A stretch of 64,000 nucleotides of DNA from positions 320,664,001 through 320,728,000 of the forward strand of contig OZ024741.1 in the NCBI GenBank assembly GCA_964016885.1. Reading direction: 5' to 3'. Below, one piece after another: positions 1 through 11,135 of this stretch. Position numbers and translations under genes: made by a program. The notes beneath the pieces were generated by a model, which saw only the letters and a program-made list of their open reading frames with translations, did no database searches and was not told where the DNA came from. Position 1 is the first letter of the stretch. Each line of letters opens with the position of its first letter. The stretch is from Eledone cirrhosa. Lineage: Eukaryota.

Positions 1-3000
1 CCTCCTCTACAAAAAGTACGGTAAGTGGTCTTTCCCATCTTTTCCACTCTATTTTAAACATGACCTCACTCAGAATAGGCAGCATAAATGCGCGTGGCTT
101 GGGGTCGTCATGGAAGCAGGGTCACCTGCTCAACGATCTCAGGTCACTAAACATAGATGTAGTGGCCATCAGCGAGACCAGAATCTCCGAAGCACGGGCC
201 TTCGCACCGATCTTCGGCAGCTACGATGTGTACGCATCTCCCAGCCGTCCTGGATCGGGTGAAGGAGTTGCTGTGCTTTTTCGGAGAGGTTTGGATCTCG
301 CCATACGGGCCATCTTCCTGGACCCAGAGGGTAAGCTGGTGGTGCTGGACGTGACCAGCGGAGACGGACAAGCTTTCAGGCTAGTGGCCGTCTATGCCCC
401 GACAGGAGCAGGGCGGCCTGATTTCTTCCGGCGTCTGGAGACCTTTCTTGGAACGTCCCGCTCTTTAGTGTTAGTGGGCGACTGGAACGGGATCTTAGAT
501 GCACGCTGGGACTGTGTGGGATTAGCGGATAGGGGTGGAGGGTGCAAGAGCCTCACCAACCTGCTCAGGCGTTTTGAACTGTCTGACAGGTACCGATTGG
601 ATTTCCCGAATGTGCCAATGTGGACTTGGACAAATCGCATAGGGTCATCCAGATCATATCTAGATAGAGTATTTTGTAGGGAAATAGATAGGTCTAGCAT
701 AGGCTGTCCACAATTCAAGATAGTCAGCTACACGGACCACAAATTCGTGATCTGTGTGCTTGACTTAGATAGGCTTCATAGACGAGGACCCGGCTACTGG
801 AAGCTAAACGCGTCCTTACCAGCGCGCAAGGCCTACAGAGACCGGATTAGCGAACTAGTTAAGCGGGCGTTGACGGGGGCCATCGTCAACAACAAGTGGT
901 GGTTTGCTCTGAAAAGAGCGATTAGAATAGAATCGATTAGGTTTAGTAAGGCTTTAGCAATAGAGAAAAATAGAGCAGAGGGAGAACTAGTTAGAAAATT
1001 AGACGAGGCGCTTAGCAAAGGCATTGCGACCGACGTGCTTGCGGCGAAATTGGCCCTTGACCAATTCTTCAATGCAAAGCACGAAGGCTGCGTTGTCAGA
1101 GCAAGGGTGCGTGCTCTCAGACACGAGGGGACGAAAGCCGTTCAATGGGCCCGAGTGGCGGAGGCGCGTCGTGGCAACAAAGCCACGATCCGGTCTTTGG
1201 TGGACCACGACGGGCGCATGCTACTCGATCCCGGGCAAATGTGTGAAGCTTTTCAGCGACACTTCGCTCAGCTGTTCGGGGGCAGCGGTGGGCCGGGTAG
1301 AGGGATGGACTTTAGTGTCTACCTCGACGGACTGCCGCGGCTCTCGGCCACTGAGGCAAAGTGTTGCGAAAAGCCGATAACAGCCGCTGAAGTAAGGGAG
1401 GCAATGATTGGCTGCACAAGGGGTAAATCGCCTGGTTTGGATGGTCTGCCCTATGAACTTTACGTACAGATGCCAGACTTGTTCGGAGGCCTCTTGGCGG
1501 ACGTCTACTGCAACTGGCAACAGAACGGGAGAATTCCCAGTTCTGTGAGCCGAGGAGCGGTGGCACTGCTGAGAAAGGATCCGAACAAGGGGGATAACAT
1601 AGACAATTTCCGGCCCATAACTCTGCTAAACACAGAGTTTAAGATTTTGGCCAAGGTGCTAGCAAAGAGGTTGGCGCTTGTCGTTGGTGGTCTGGTGGGA
1701 GAGGCGCAGACATGCGCCATTCCCGACAGATCCATCCACGACAACCTCCACCTCATGCGATACATCGTAGAGAGGGTAGCTAGGGAACCTGGCACGGGTG
1801 GGTCCTTGATCAATTTAGATCAGTCGAAAGCTTTCGATAGGGTCGACCATCGTTACCTAGCGGCAGTCCTGAGGGCGGCTGGCTTTGGGCCCGTCTTCAG
1901 AGGCTGGATCGCTGCCATGCACAGCGACATCTGCTCTGTGGTGAGAGTGAACGGTCACCTGTCGGAACCGTTCAACATCATGCGCTCGGTCCGCCAAGGA
2001 TGTCCCCTCTCGTCCCTCTTGTACGTATTGACTCTCGAGCCATTACTGCACAAACTGGAGACGTTGAGGGGCGTCCCGCGTGAACTAGGATGCGAAAGAT
2101 CCGTGTCAGCATATGCGGACGATGTCACCGTAGTGGTGTCGAACGCCAAACACATCGAGGCGATCGGCACTACACTAAGAGAATACGAAGCGGTGACAGG
2201 AGCAATGATCAACCAGGAAAAGTCAGTGGGCCTGCAGCTCGGCACCTGGAGAGGCAGGTCCATGCCGTCCAACAGCGTCGTCGGACGCTGGACGGACGGA
2301 CCGGTTAAATTGCTAGGGGTCTGGTTCGGTCCGGACCTCCAGACGGACAAAAACTGGGACGAGGTGACGAGCAGGGTGGCTTCTCTCACCCAGAAATGGG
2401 CCGAGAGGAAGCTATCCCTGAAAGGTCGAGCAGAGGTGGCTAACGCGTACATCGCGTCCGTTATCTGCTACCGCCTGACCGTCGTACCTTGTCCTAAGCC
2501 TCGCCTGACTGCGCTGGAGCGTTTGCTCTTTCGCTTTTTGTGGAAGGGACGCGCTCCGATGGTCAGGCGGTCCATCTGTTGTCAACATCCGCTACGTGGA
2601 GGGCTGGGCATGCCGTGGCTGATGATGCGCAGGCACGCGCTCAGGCTAAGACATCTCCACCTCTTCCTCGACGGTGATCAGGTGTGGTCGCCGTTTGCTA
2701 GACGCGTGTTTCCCCAGCTCGTTTCCGTGACGGAGCTGCAGTCCTGGGTCAAGCGAAGACCGAGAGGGAGCGCCTGGAGACTGGAATGTCTTCAGGCGCT
2801 CACAGCCCTCGACCAATCGGGCAATGTGATCGGTGGAAACTCCACCTCGGCGTTCTATAGAGGATTAGTGGAGGGGAAGAGCGACGACGTACTTGGGGAA
2901 ACTCTAGGCGTCGACGAAAATCAACTAGCCAATCTCTTCGGAAGAACTTTCGGGCCGGGGCCTATGGACAACTTCCAGAAATCTCTGGCCTGGCAGTGCT

Positions 3001-3746
3001 ACCGAGGAGCCTTGCCAGTTCGGGATAAACTCTACAGGCATGGAGGTGCCGTCATCCGGGCATGTCCGAGATGCGCGCAGGGCGACGAAACCGTCCTGCA
3101 CGCACTCGTCCAGTGTCCGAAAATTGCTGACTTGTGGGTTTATGTCGAACACCTGCTGTCGCGTTTAGGACGGATCCGGCTATCATCTGAGCCCATCGTG
3201 AGGATAGCCCCGCCCTCCTCCTTTAGCCGGGAAGGGCAGGCAGTTTTTATCTGCCTGGTGGCCATGGCGAAAGAGATAGTATGGTGGACACGTTTGAAAG
3301 GGCTGAAGACGAGCACTTACCTCTTCGGTGATGCTCTGATTGACTTTTTCAAATTTCATTTGAAAAGGAAAATCAGAGTAGAGAGGGAAGTGCTCTCTTC
3401 CCAGCATTTTGTTGAAAGATGGGTGAGAGAAGCAAGAATGGCCCGAGTGAATGGGCCTACTCTGAGTATATATCTGTAAATTAAAGGTGGAAAACTGGGA
3501 GAGGGCACTTGCCTTGGTGGTCAGGGTCATTGTGGCTTTTTACTGGGCTTTCTCCACAAATGTCCCTCCGAAGTCTCCCCCTTATTGGGGAATTTTTCAT
3601 TGTTATTTTCATTGTTATTTTTGTTACATCCTCTGCTTTTGTTTTTTACACGCAGAAATGCCCATTTGTACCGTCCTGCATTGTCCTGGACTGTCCTTAA
3701 TGTCTACTTTATGTAAACCCTTGTGGTTAATAAAGAAATCATTATT
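1..3746 (+). mobile_element. Tx1-clade (L1 group) LINE, family A, copy 1 (5' part lies outside the window)
   Basis: Intact APE-RT-zinc finger ORF2, about 260-bp 3' UTR with AATAAA near 3729, ending in (ATT)n; highly similar to the minus-strand copy at 13367-19248. Confidence 0.9.
60..3479 (+). CDS. LINE ORF2: AP-endonuclease + reverse transcriptase + C-terminal CCHC zinc finger (1139 aa, uninterrupted)
   Basis: APE motifs INARGL, ISET, VYAP, GDWN, YLDR, TDHK; RT motifs KSPGLDG, FRPITLLN, LDQSKAFDRV, RQGCPLS, YADD; CPRC..ETVLHALVQC. Confidence 0.95.
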   Translation: MTSLRIGSINARGLGSSWKQGHLLNDLRSLNIDVVAISETRISEARAFAPIFGSYDVYASPSRPGSGEGVAVLFRRGLDLAIRAIFLDPEGKLVVLDVTSGDGQAFRLVAVYAPTGAGRPDFFRRLETFLGTSRSLVLVGDWNGILDARWDCVGLADRGGGCKSLTNLLRRFELSDRYRLDFPNVPMWTWTNRIGSSRSYLDRVFCREIDRSSIGCPQFKIVSYTDHKFVICVLDLDRLHRRGPGYWKLNASLPARKAYRDRISELVKRALTGAIVNNKWWFALKRAIRIESIRFSKALAIEKNRAEGELVRKLDEALSKGIATDVLAAKLALDQFFNAKHEGCVVRARVRALRHEGTKAVQWARVAEARRGNKATIRSLVDHDGRMLLDPGQMCEAFQRHFAQLFGGSGGPGRGMDFSVYLDGLPRLSATEAKCCEKPITAAEVREAMIGCTRGKSPGLDGLPYELYVQMPDLFGGLLADVYCNWQQNGRIPSSVSRGAVALLRKDPNKGDNIDNFRPITLLNTEFKILAKVLAKRLALVVGGLVGEAQTCAIPDRSIHDNLHLMRYIVERVAREPGTGGSLINLDQSKAFDRVDHRYLAAVLRAAGFGPVFRGWIAAMHSDICSVVRVNGHLSEPFNIMRSVRQGCPLSSLLYVLTLEPLLHKLETLRGVPRELGCERSVSAYADDVTVVVSNAKHIEAIGTTLREYEAVTGAMINQEKSVGLQLGTWRGRSMPSNSVVGRWTDGPVKLLGVWFGPDLQTDKNWDEVTSRVASLTQKWAERKLSLKGRAEVANAYIASVICYRLTVVPCPKPRLTALERLLFRFLWKGRAPMVRRSICCQHPLRGGLGMPWLMMRRHALRLRHLHLFLDGDQVWSPFARRVFPQLVSVTELQSWVKRRPRGSAWRLECLQALTALDQSGNVIGGNSTSAFYRGLVEGKSDDVLGETLGVDENQLANLFGRTFGPGPMDNFQKSLAWQCYRGALPVRDKLYRHGGAVIRACPRCAQGDETVLHALVQCPKIADLWVYVEHLLSRLGRIRLSSEPIVRIAPPSSFSREGQAVFICLVAMAKEIVWWTRLKGLKTSTYLFGDALIDFFKFHLKRKIRVEREVLSSQHFVERWVREARMARVNGPTLSIYL

Positions 3747-3841
3747 ATTATTATTATCGTTGTTATTCCTTGAATCTCAGTCATTGATGTTTGTTAACTG
3801 GAAAGTCCGTTGGATTGAATATCAAGCCACTACCTGCAGCC

Positions 3842-5858
3842 TCAGATATTCAGGACGTATCGGAGGGTTCTTGCTGTTCCAAGCAAGCATGCCTTTTGAA
3901 GCGTTCCAAAAAGCGTGAAGGGGCCGATTTTCTTTAACCATCCCTGGAAACTTTTGGAGATAGTCCCCAGTGCGCCTATGACAATCGGGATCACTTTGAC
4001 TTCATGGCAGTTCCAAATCCTTTTCACCTCCCACTTTAGGTCCTGGTATCGGTTAATTTTCTCCCTCTCCTTCTCTTGCACTCTCGTGTCGAACGGGCAG
4101 GCCACATCCACAATCAGGCACGATCTTTTTTCTTTGTCCACAGCCACCAGGTCAGGTCTATTGTGTTCCAGTTTTTTGTCCGTCTGTATCCTAAAATCCC
4201 ACAGCACCTTCACCTGATTGTTCTCCATCACCGCCTCTGGCCTATGCTCATACCATTTCTCAGAATGTGGTAGATTGTTTACTTTGCACAGGTGCCAGTG
4301 GATCACTCTGCCCATCACATCGTGTCTCCAGCCCTTATAGTGGGTCTGGGCTAGGTGTTTACACTCGGACACAATGTGAGCCACAGTCTCCTCTCTCTCT
4401 CCACAGATCCTGCACAGTGGGCTAGCCTCCTCCTTGTAGATATGGTGCTTCAACCACTTCGTTTTGAGGGCCTGCTCTTGCGCAGCCATTAGCATTCCTT
4501 CTGTAGCCTTTTTGAGGTCTCCTCTTCTCAACCAGTTCCATCTCTGTGGATCTCTAAATTCAGTTTTCTCAAAGAAGGTACTATGAAGGGCTTTTCCCTT
4601 AAGGCTGCTCTTCCTCCTTGATGTTATTTCCTCCCTGGACATCCCCTGGCCTACTGTCCCCTCCTTCAGTACAGTTCTGAGCATTGGCTCCTTACTATAG
4701 GTCACGTATTTGTATAGGTTGTTTTTCTCCATCTGAACACAGTCCTCTATGCTGATAAGACCTCTTCCACCCTCAGATCTCCTTAGGTAGAGTCTATCGA
4801 CATCACTCCTCTTGTGGAACATGTTGTAGATAGTCAATAGCTTCCTAGTCTTCCTATCCATTTCTTTCTGTTCAGCAACATTCCATCTCAGAATTCCCGC
4901 ACTGTACCTAATAATAGACACAGCTCGGGAATTTACTGCGCTTATGGCATTTCTGCTGTTCAGATGTGACTTCAGTACGCTCCTTACTCTCCGAATGTAT
5001 TCAGTTCTTAACAATTCCTTCATTTTTTTGTTCTTTATGCCATCAGCCTCCAGAACGCCCAAATACTTGTATCCTTCCTCAGAGTCAATTTCCTTTATCA
5101 TCTCACCTGTTGGTATCTGGATCCCGTTACTTCTGCTCAACCTACCCCTCTTCATCACAATGACTCCACATTTACCAATACCAAACTGCATACATATATC
5201 ACTGCTGAAAATACGGACAGTGTCAACAAGCACATCCAACTCCTTCTCACTTTTCCCGAAGAGCTTAAGATCGTCCATGAAATGGAGGTGATTGATGGTA
5301 AGCTCTCCCCTTCCCAACTTGTATCCTGCTCTCACTTTTCGCAGCATAATGGTCAAGGGCATCAGGGCAAGGACAAACAACAGAGGGGACAGGCTATCTC
5401 CCTGGAAGATACCTCTCTTGATCTTCACGCTTCCCAAGGATACTCCAGTTGATGTCAACTCTGTCTCCCAGGACCCCATACTCCTGCCTAGCAACTGTCT
5501 GATGTTATCTGCCACCTTGAAGATCTCCAGGCTTTTGGTGATCCAGGAATGAGGCACCATGTCAAATGCCTTTCTGTAGTCTATCCATCCCATGGCAAGA
5601 TCAGTGTGTCTCCTCCTGCAATTCCCCATTACCATCTGATCAATAAGCAACTGGTCCTTTGTACCACGTGACTTCTTTCGGCATCCTTTCTGTTCGTCCG
5701 GTAACAAGTTGTTTGTGTGGAGGTGATGGTAGGTTTCCTCAGACACAATGCTCGTCAACAGTTTCCACATTACGGGCAGACATGTGATAGGTCTATAGTT
5801 GGTAGCATCATTACCCTTGATTCGGTCTTTCATTATCAGAACTGTGGTACCTTTTGTC
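3842..5858 (-). pseudogene. RT + CCHC + PD-(D/E)xK restriction-like endonuclease part of the D1 ORF (open frame, no N-terminus)
   Basis: [68 protein letters not shown]. Confidence 0.92.
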
Positions 5859-7002
5859 GAGCTGGAACTGGAGGAACTGAGCAGAGAGAATGGCTTGGAG
5901 ATGGCGGGTGTAGTATGCCAGACAAGCGAGCCGGTGGGAAATGAAGGTGAGGAGGTCCTGAGAACGGAGGAACCACCCGAAGCAGACAATGATCTGAGTA
6001 CTGAGATAAATAATACCTGGAACAGAGATACGGCCACTGAGGAGATGAATGCTGACGGGCTAGGACAAGATTCGGTTGACATCCTAAATTTAGTGGTAGA
6101 TGAATTGAACAATGATAGTGGAAGACCTATGAACCTAAGATTTGTAGACAGGAAAAAGTTAAAAGAAACAACAGCTAAGGTAAACAAAATCATGCCATAC
6201 CTTGAGGCGAGGAGCCTTCACCAGTGCAACAATATCCTCAGAGCAACAGCAAATACGGTGAGGAAACTACTTGGTATAAAAGCGAGAGGAAACAACAGAC
6301 AAGAAAGAGCAGAGCCGTGGTGGAAGAAGCGACTGAGTGGGCAAATCGGGGAAATGAGAAATGACATAGGAAAGCTTGAGTCACTACTGAATGGGACACT
6401 AAAAAACATAGGCACTAAAAATAGACTGGAAATAAAATACAAAACTAGGAGTAAAAAGCTAAATATTATCATAGAGGAATTGAAGCAACGCATTGTAGCA
6501 AAGAGTGCCAAAATCAGGCGATACGAGAACAGAGTCAGTCAGTATAAACAGAACCGCATGTTCGACAACAACCAGAAGATGCTGTTTGGACAGCTTGAGG
6601 GCAAAGAAAGAGGCAACGACTTGATCCCTGGGGCGGAACAAGCTAAAACATTCTGGAGAGGAATATGGGAGCAGGATGTTAGACACAATGCCCAGGCAGG
6701 GTGGATTGAGACAGTACAGAGGGAGATCGGTGAGCAGGCACAGCAACAGACTGATTTGAGTATCACAGTTGAAACTCTTAAGGGGCAAGCCAAAAAACTA
6801 ACCAACTGGAAATCACCAGGCCCAGATGGTGTGCAGGGGTATTGGATTAAACATCTAACATCCCTCCACCCGAAGCTGACGGCCATGTTCAATGACTGCT
6901 TGGTGTCGGGTGAGGTGCCAGAGTGGTTGACAAAAGGTACCACAGTTCTGATAATGAAAGACCGAATCAAGGGCAATGATGCTACCAACTATAGACCTAT
7001 CA

Positions 7003-7005
<3 letters not shown>
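5858..7005 (+). pseudogene. Inverted N-terminal segment of the D1 ORF
   Basis: Translation [15 protein letters not shown]...NYRPIT is nearly identical to ORF 25170-26642. Confidence 0.9.
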
Positions 7006-7045
<40 letters not shown>

Positions 7046-7046
7046 G
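7004..7046. repeat. (TTA)n microsatellite, target site of the D1 insertion
   Basis: Direct reading. Confidence 0.95.
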
Positions 7047-7089
7047 ATTAGTAGTATTGGCATTATGATAATAGTGGCAGTATCGGTAG

Positions 7090-9153
7090 AGAGGTGGCTG
7101 GTTTCACTATATCTGTAGCCCTTAGCGGCCTAACTTTTTGTCTTTCTTTTCACAAAAACGCCTCTCGTTTTTTTTCTGGGTTGTATTAAAATAGATATGG
7201 TGGACGATAAAAATTCCCCCGCTGAATTGAGCAGCGAGCTGTCTACAAAATGGAGAAAACAAAGGTCAAATTTAAACGACAACAGCAGCAACAACACCAG
7301 TAACTACAGTAAGAGTACCAACAACAACAACTAAGCACGAGACAGATTTTCTGAAATTAACACCGTCAACACCACCACAAAAATTAATAATTAATAAAAT
7401 GAATATAACAGAAACAACAACAATACTAGTGCAAACACTAACACTACCACTACCACCTCCAAAAACAACAACATCAACAACAAATATGTAACAGAAACAA
7501 ACAACAAAAATAACTGAAAGACAGTCAAGAACGGCAACACAAATGGCAACAATAACAACAGCATGGACAACAGCATAGTAACAACAACAACAGCATCAGC
7601 AACAATACATTTGTAGCAACAGCTGCAAAGAGCAACAGAACGTTTCACAATGAACATTTCAGGGAAAGACACATATTTGGCCCAAGCAGCCAAATTAATC
7701 AAAATTCAAAAACTATGGGCCGATGTAGGCATCCCGCCAGAGGTGTTGCCTGCCACACAGGCCGAAGAGAAAAGGACACCGAAAGACATCCTAAGAGCCA
7801 GACATTATACAGGCATTTCAATGCTTTTTAAGAGTGAAGCCCTGCCAGTAAAACATTCGTTGGTTCCTGTAGGAGGTACAGCTATGTTCTCTTTCCTTAA
7901 TATTTAAGGAGACGAACAGTAAGTGTCAGGGATTCTGGGATCCCACAAGAGGTGAATATCTGGAGGATCCTGGCATACGTGGAACTAGAAGGGAGTGATA
8001 ACTTTCTAGAAGTAAACCAAACTCGCAGAGAACAGTTGTCTGGGAGTACTTTGGAAATTCTTCTCCATATAAAACCGGACAAAATATACAAGACCCCAGA
8101 CTTAATTTGCCTTCTAGTAGGGACAGAACTGCACGTTGTAGTTGAGGGCACAAAGCCACGTGGCCTTCAACAACAGCTACAAAATCTGCAACAACAGCTA
8201 CAAGATCTGCAACTTCAGCTACATCAACAACAGCACCAGCACCAGCAAGATCAACACAACCAGAAAATCACACCACCAGAAGGACCATCACCAACAGCAA
8301 GAATCATAATAACCCCCCTTCTCCCCAGGGAGATCCCACAATAAGTCTCTCTCTCTCCCCTCTTCCAAGCATACACATGCACACACTCAGACCTACCAAA
8401 ACACCTATCTGAGTCAAAATCTCTTCTCGCAGCGGAGAAGAGAGGAGACCCCAAAAGACCAAGAATCACAAAAAAAAGAAACAAAAAACAAAACAAAAAC
8501 ATGTTACACTATTCCAAAACACAAACCAACAAACATTACAGAAAACAGAGAAACCAGCTCCACAGCAAATACTGACAGAGCTACTACAACACCAATCCCA
8601 CCAGCACCATAACCAACACTACCACCAACGTTATTACCATCAGCACCACCATCAGCACCACCAACACTACCTACAAAATGAAAATACACATAACAACAAT
8701 AGCCAACCACACAGAGACCTAATGTTATACTAGTGAGAAGGGCCGGCGAAGATTTGATGGCCTTATAGCACGAAGTAAAGATATTAAGAGGGAGTGGGAA
8801 ATGTTCGGAACCAGCACTTAAAAGTGCCAGAATCATTAATGGTGATGCGAATGTTTCTATGCGCTTACAAAACCTAATGTAGAGCTTCTCCCACGATGTG
8901 GGAATCCCGAATTAAAAAAAAAACACGAGTAGGCTTTTAAAGAGGTTCACAGATATGAAGCTCAAACCACCCGATCTCCAACAAAACACATATGGTAAAT
9001 AGACCCCCTTCCCACATTTTTTCTCTTAACTCTAACTAGTCATCAGTGCAAAGAGTAGGGTGTATAAATATATGTGGACTGGGGTCGTCGTGGAAGTAAG
9101 GTCATTTGCTCAACGATCTCAGGTCACTAGCTATTGATGTGACTGTCGTCAGC
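7090..9153 (+). mobile_element. Decayed Tx1-clade LINE remnant, family C (ORF1 + first ~110 bp of ORF2)
   Basis: RREQLSGSTLEILLHIKPDKIYKTPDLICLLVGTELHVVVEGTKP aligns with family-A ORF1 IREDWVGTSIEMLIQTNQECIEAIPDVIDFDNGTQLPISVEGKRP; 9055-9153 matches ORF2 start DNA at 75-172. Confidence 0.75.
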
Positions 9154-9805
9154 AAATTTAGTCAGCAAAGCGAGATTACCGGTGGTAACTAGTTGTTAGT
9201 CATGCAACAGAATGCTATTTTGTCCTGAGTGTTTGTGAGCTTTATACATTCAATGGTCTAGAGCTCATAACACCGGGTAAGGCTCCAGAATTTGTCCTAC
9301 CAGTCCAAGCACTGGAAAACTAACGTAAAACTATAAATTCACTCCATTCTTTTAATCGTTATTTTATGGGTTTTATTTTCCTTTTTACTGCTTCGGGTGT
9401 CGTTACAGCAACAACTGCTATTATTGTTGTTTGTGTTGTTGGTATGTCTCCATCTGTTATTGTGACTAATGCTGTTGTTTTTGTTGTTATTGTTGCAGTT
9501 ATACTTGTTTTTTTAATTCTTGCCGCTATTTTTGTCTGTGTACACTTTGATGATTATTGTTATCGTTTTTTAATAGTTATCTTAGTTATTGCCATTGTTC
9601 TTGCCATTGTTGTTGTTATAGTCGTCGTTCTCGTTAAATTTTTTTTATTATTGATGGTAATTGATTTTGTTGTCGATGGTGATGATATTGCTGCTAATAT
9701 TGCTGCTGTTGTTTTCATGTTTTTAGTGTTGACGTAGTTATTATTGGGCTGTTGTTGTTGTTATATTTTCGTGTTAACCGATATTCATTTTGTTACTGCT
9801 GCTGC

Positions 9806-9856
<51 letters not shown>
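9806..9856. repeat. (TTA)n microsatellite
   Basis: Direct reading. Confidence 0.95.
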
Positions 9857-9857
<1 letters not shown>

Positions 9858-10046
9858 GGCAGTATCGACAGAGGGTCGGACGCCATGCTTTGACGCATAG
9901 AGTTACGGCCCTTTCCATTCTGAGTTCAAATTCCGCCGTGGTTAACTCTGCCTTTCATCCTTACGGGGTCGATAAAATAAAGTACCAGTAATACACTGAG
10001 ATAATTGCTGGCCTTGTGCCAAAAGTAGAAACAATTATTATTATTA
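9856..10046 (+). mobile_element. tRNA-derived SINE, family S1
   Basis: A-box-like TGGCAGTATCG, B-box GAGTTCAAAT, core GCCTTTCATCCTTACGGGGTCGATAAAATAAAGTACCAG, tail GTAGAAACA(ATT)n; multiple copies in window. Confidence 0.88.
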
Positions 10047-10240
10047 GGCGGTGTATATCAAACACTTTGCAGCATAGAGTTACGGCCCTTTATGATCTGA
10101 GTTCAAATCCCGACGAGGTTAACTTTGCTTTTCATACTTACGGGGTGGATAAAATAAAGTACCAGTCACGCACTGAGGTCGACTTTCCCCTCCCCCAAAA
10201 TTGCTGGCCTTGTGCCAAAAGTAGAAACATTTATTATTAT
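10047..10240 (+). mobile_element. SINE S1, second tandem copy
   Basis: Same B box, core and tail; starts in the (ATT)n tail of the previous copy. Confidence 0.85.
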
Positions 10241-10242
10241 TG

Positions 10243-10640
10243 TGGTAGTGGTGGTGGTGGTGGTGGTGGTGGTGGTAGTGGTGGTTGTGGTGGTGGTAGT
10301 GGTGGTTGTGGTGGTGTGGTAGCTGTGGTGGTGGTGATTGTGGTGGTGATGGTGCTTGTGGTAATTGTGGTTGTGGTGGTAGTGGTGGTAGTGGTGTTGT
10401 TGGTGGTAGTGGTGGTGGTCGTGGTAGTGGTGGTGTTGGTGGTGGTAGTAGTGGTGGTTGTAGTGGTGGTGGTTGTAGTGCTGGTGGTGGTGGTGGTGCT
10501 GGTGGTGGTGGTATTGGTGTTGGTAGTTGTAGTGGTTGTGGTGGTGGTAGTGGCTGTGGCTGTGGTTGTGGTGGTGGTAGTGGTGGTGGTAATGGTTGCA
10601 GTGGTGGTAGTTGTGGTGGTGCTGGTGGTGGTAGTGGCGG
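10243..10640. repeat. Degenerate (GGT)n trinucleotide tract
   Basis: Direct reading. Confidence 0.95.
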
Positions 10641-11043
10641 TGAAAAAAGAGAAAGATGAGGAAGGAAATGAGGGAATGGCGAGGGAATGTTCTTGTGAAG
10701 TTTGCTTTTGATGGGATGGCATTGTCTTTCTAGTTATAGCTTCTTGCACTTGACGTTGCATTTCTCGTTGTTGCTGTTCTACTTTTTAATGCAATAGGCT
10801 TCCAAATGTTGCTTCTCTTCTACTATTTGTTTGATACTATTGTTGCTTTTGAAAAAGTTGATGATAATGATGATGATGATAATGATGATGATGATGATGA
10901 TGATGATGACGGTTTTGGTGGTGGTGATGTAGTTTCGATAACATTTTTATTTTTATTACTTTTTTCATTCGCTGTTTCTATCAGATCCTATTTCCACTTG
11001 GAAATGTGATCTTTAAATTATTTCATTGTTAATATTATTAGGG

Positions 11044-11135
11044 TTCTTCTTCTTCTTCTTCTTCTTCTTCTTCTTCTTCTTCTTCTTCTTCTTCTTCGTC
11101 TTCTTCTTCTTCTTCTTCATCTCCTCCTCCTCCTC
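11044..11135. repeat. (TTC)n/(TCC)n microsatellite
   Basis: Direct reading. Confidence 0.9.

Larger units (their letters stand above)
3758..7005 (-). mobile_element. R4/Dong-like RLE retrotransposon, family D1, 5'-truncated copy with inverted 5' segment
   Basis: 3758-5858 is the reverse complement of 26546-28645; 5858-7005 matches 25475-26622 in direct orientation; (TTA)n on both flanks. Confidence 0.92.

Noticed and set aside
5859-6193. N-terminus of the 783-aa ORF 3842-6193
   Set aside because: Antisense read-through of the inverted segment; real homology starts at 5858
9366-9737. Hydrophobic 123-aa ORF resembling a membrane protein (also 7391-7702, 17152-17562)
   Set aside because: Product of degenerate (GTT)n/(ATT)n low-complexity DNA
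10016-10761. Poly-Val, poly-Gly and poly-Thr ORFs
   Set aside because: Frames of the (GGT)n tract plus SINE sequence
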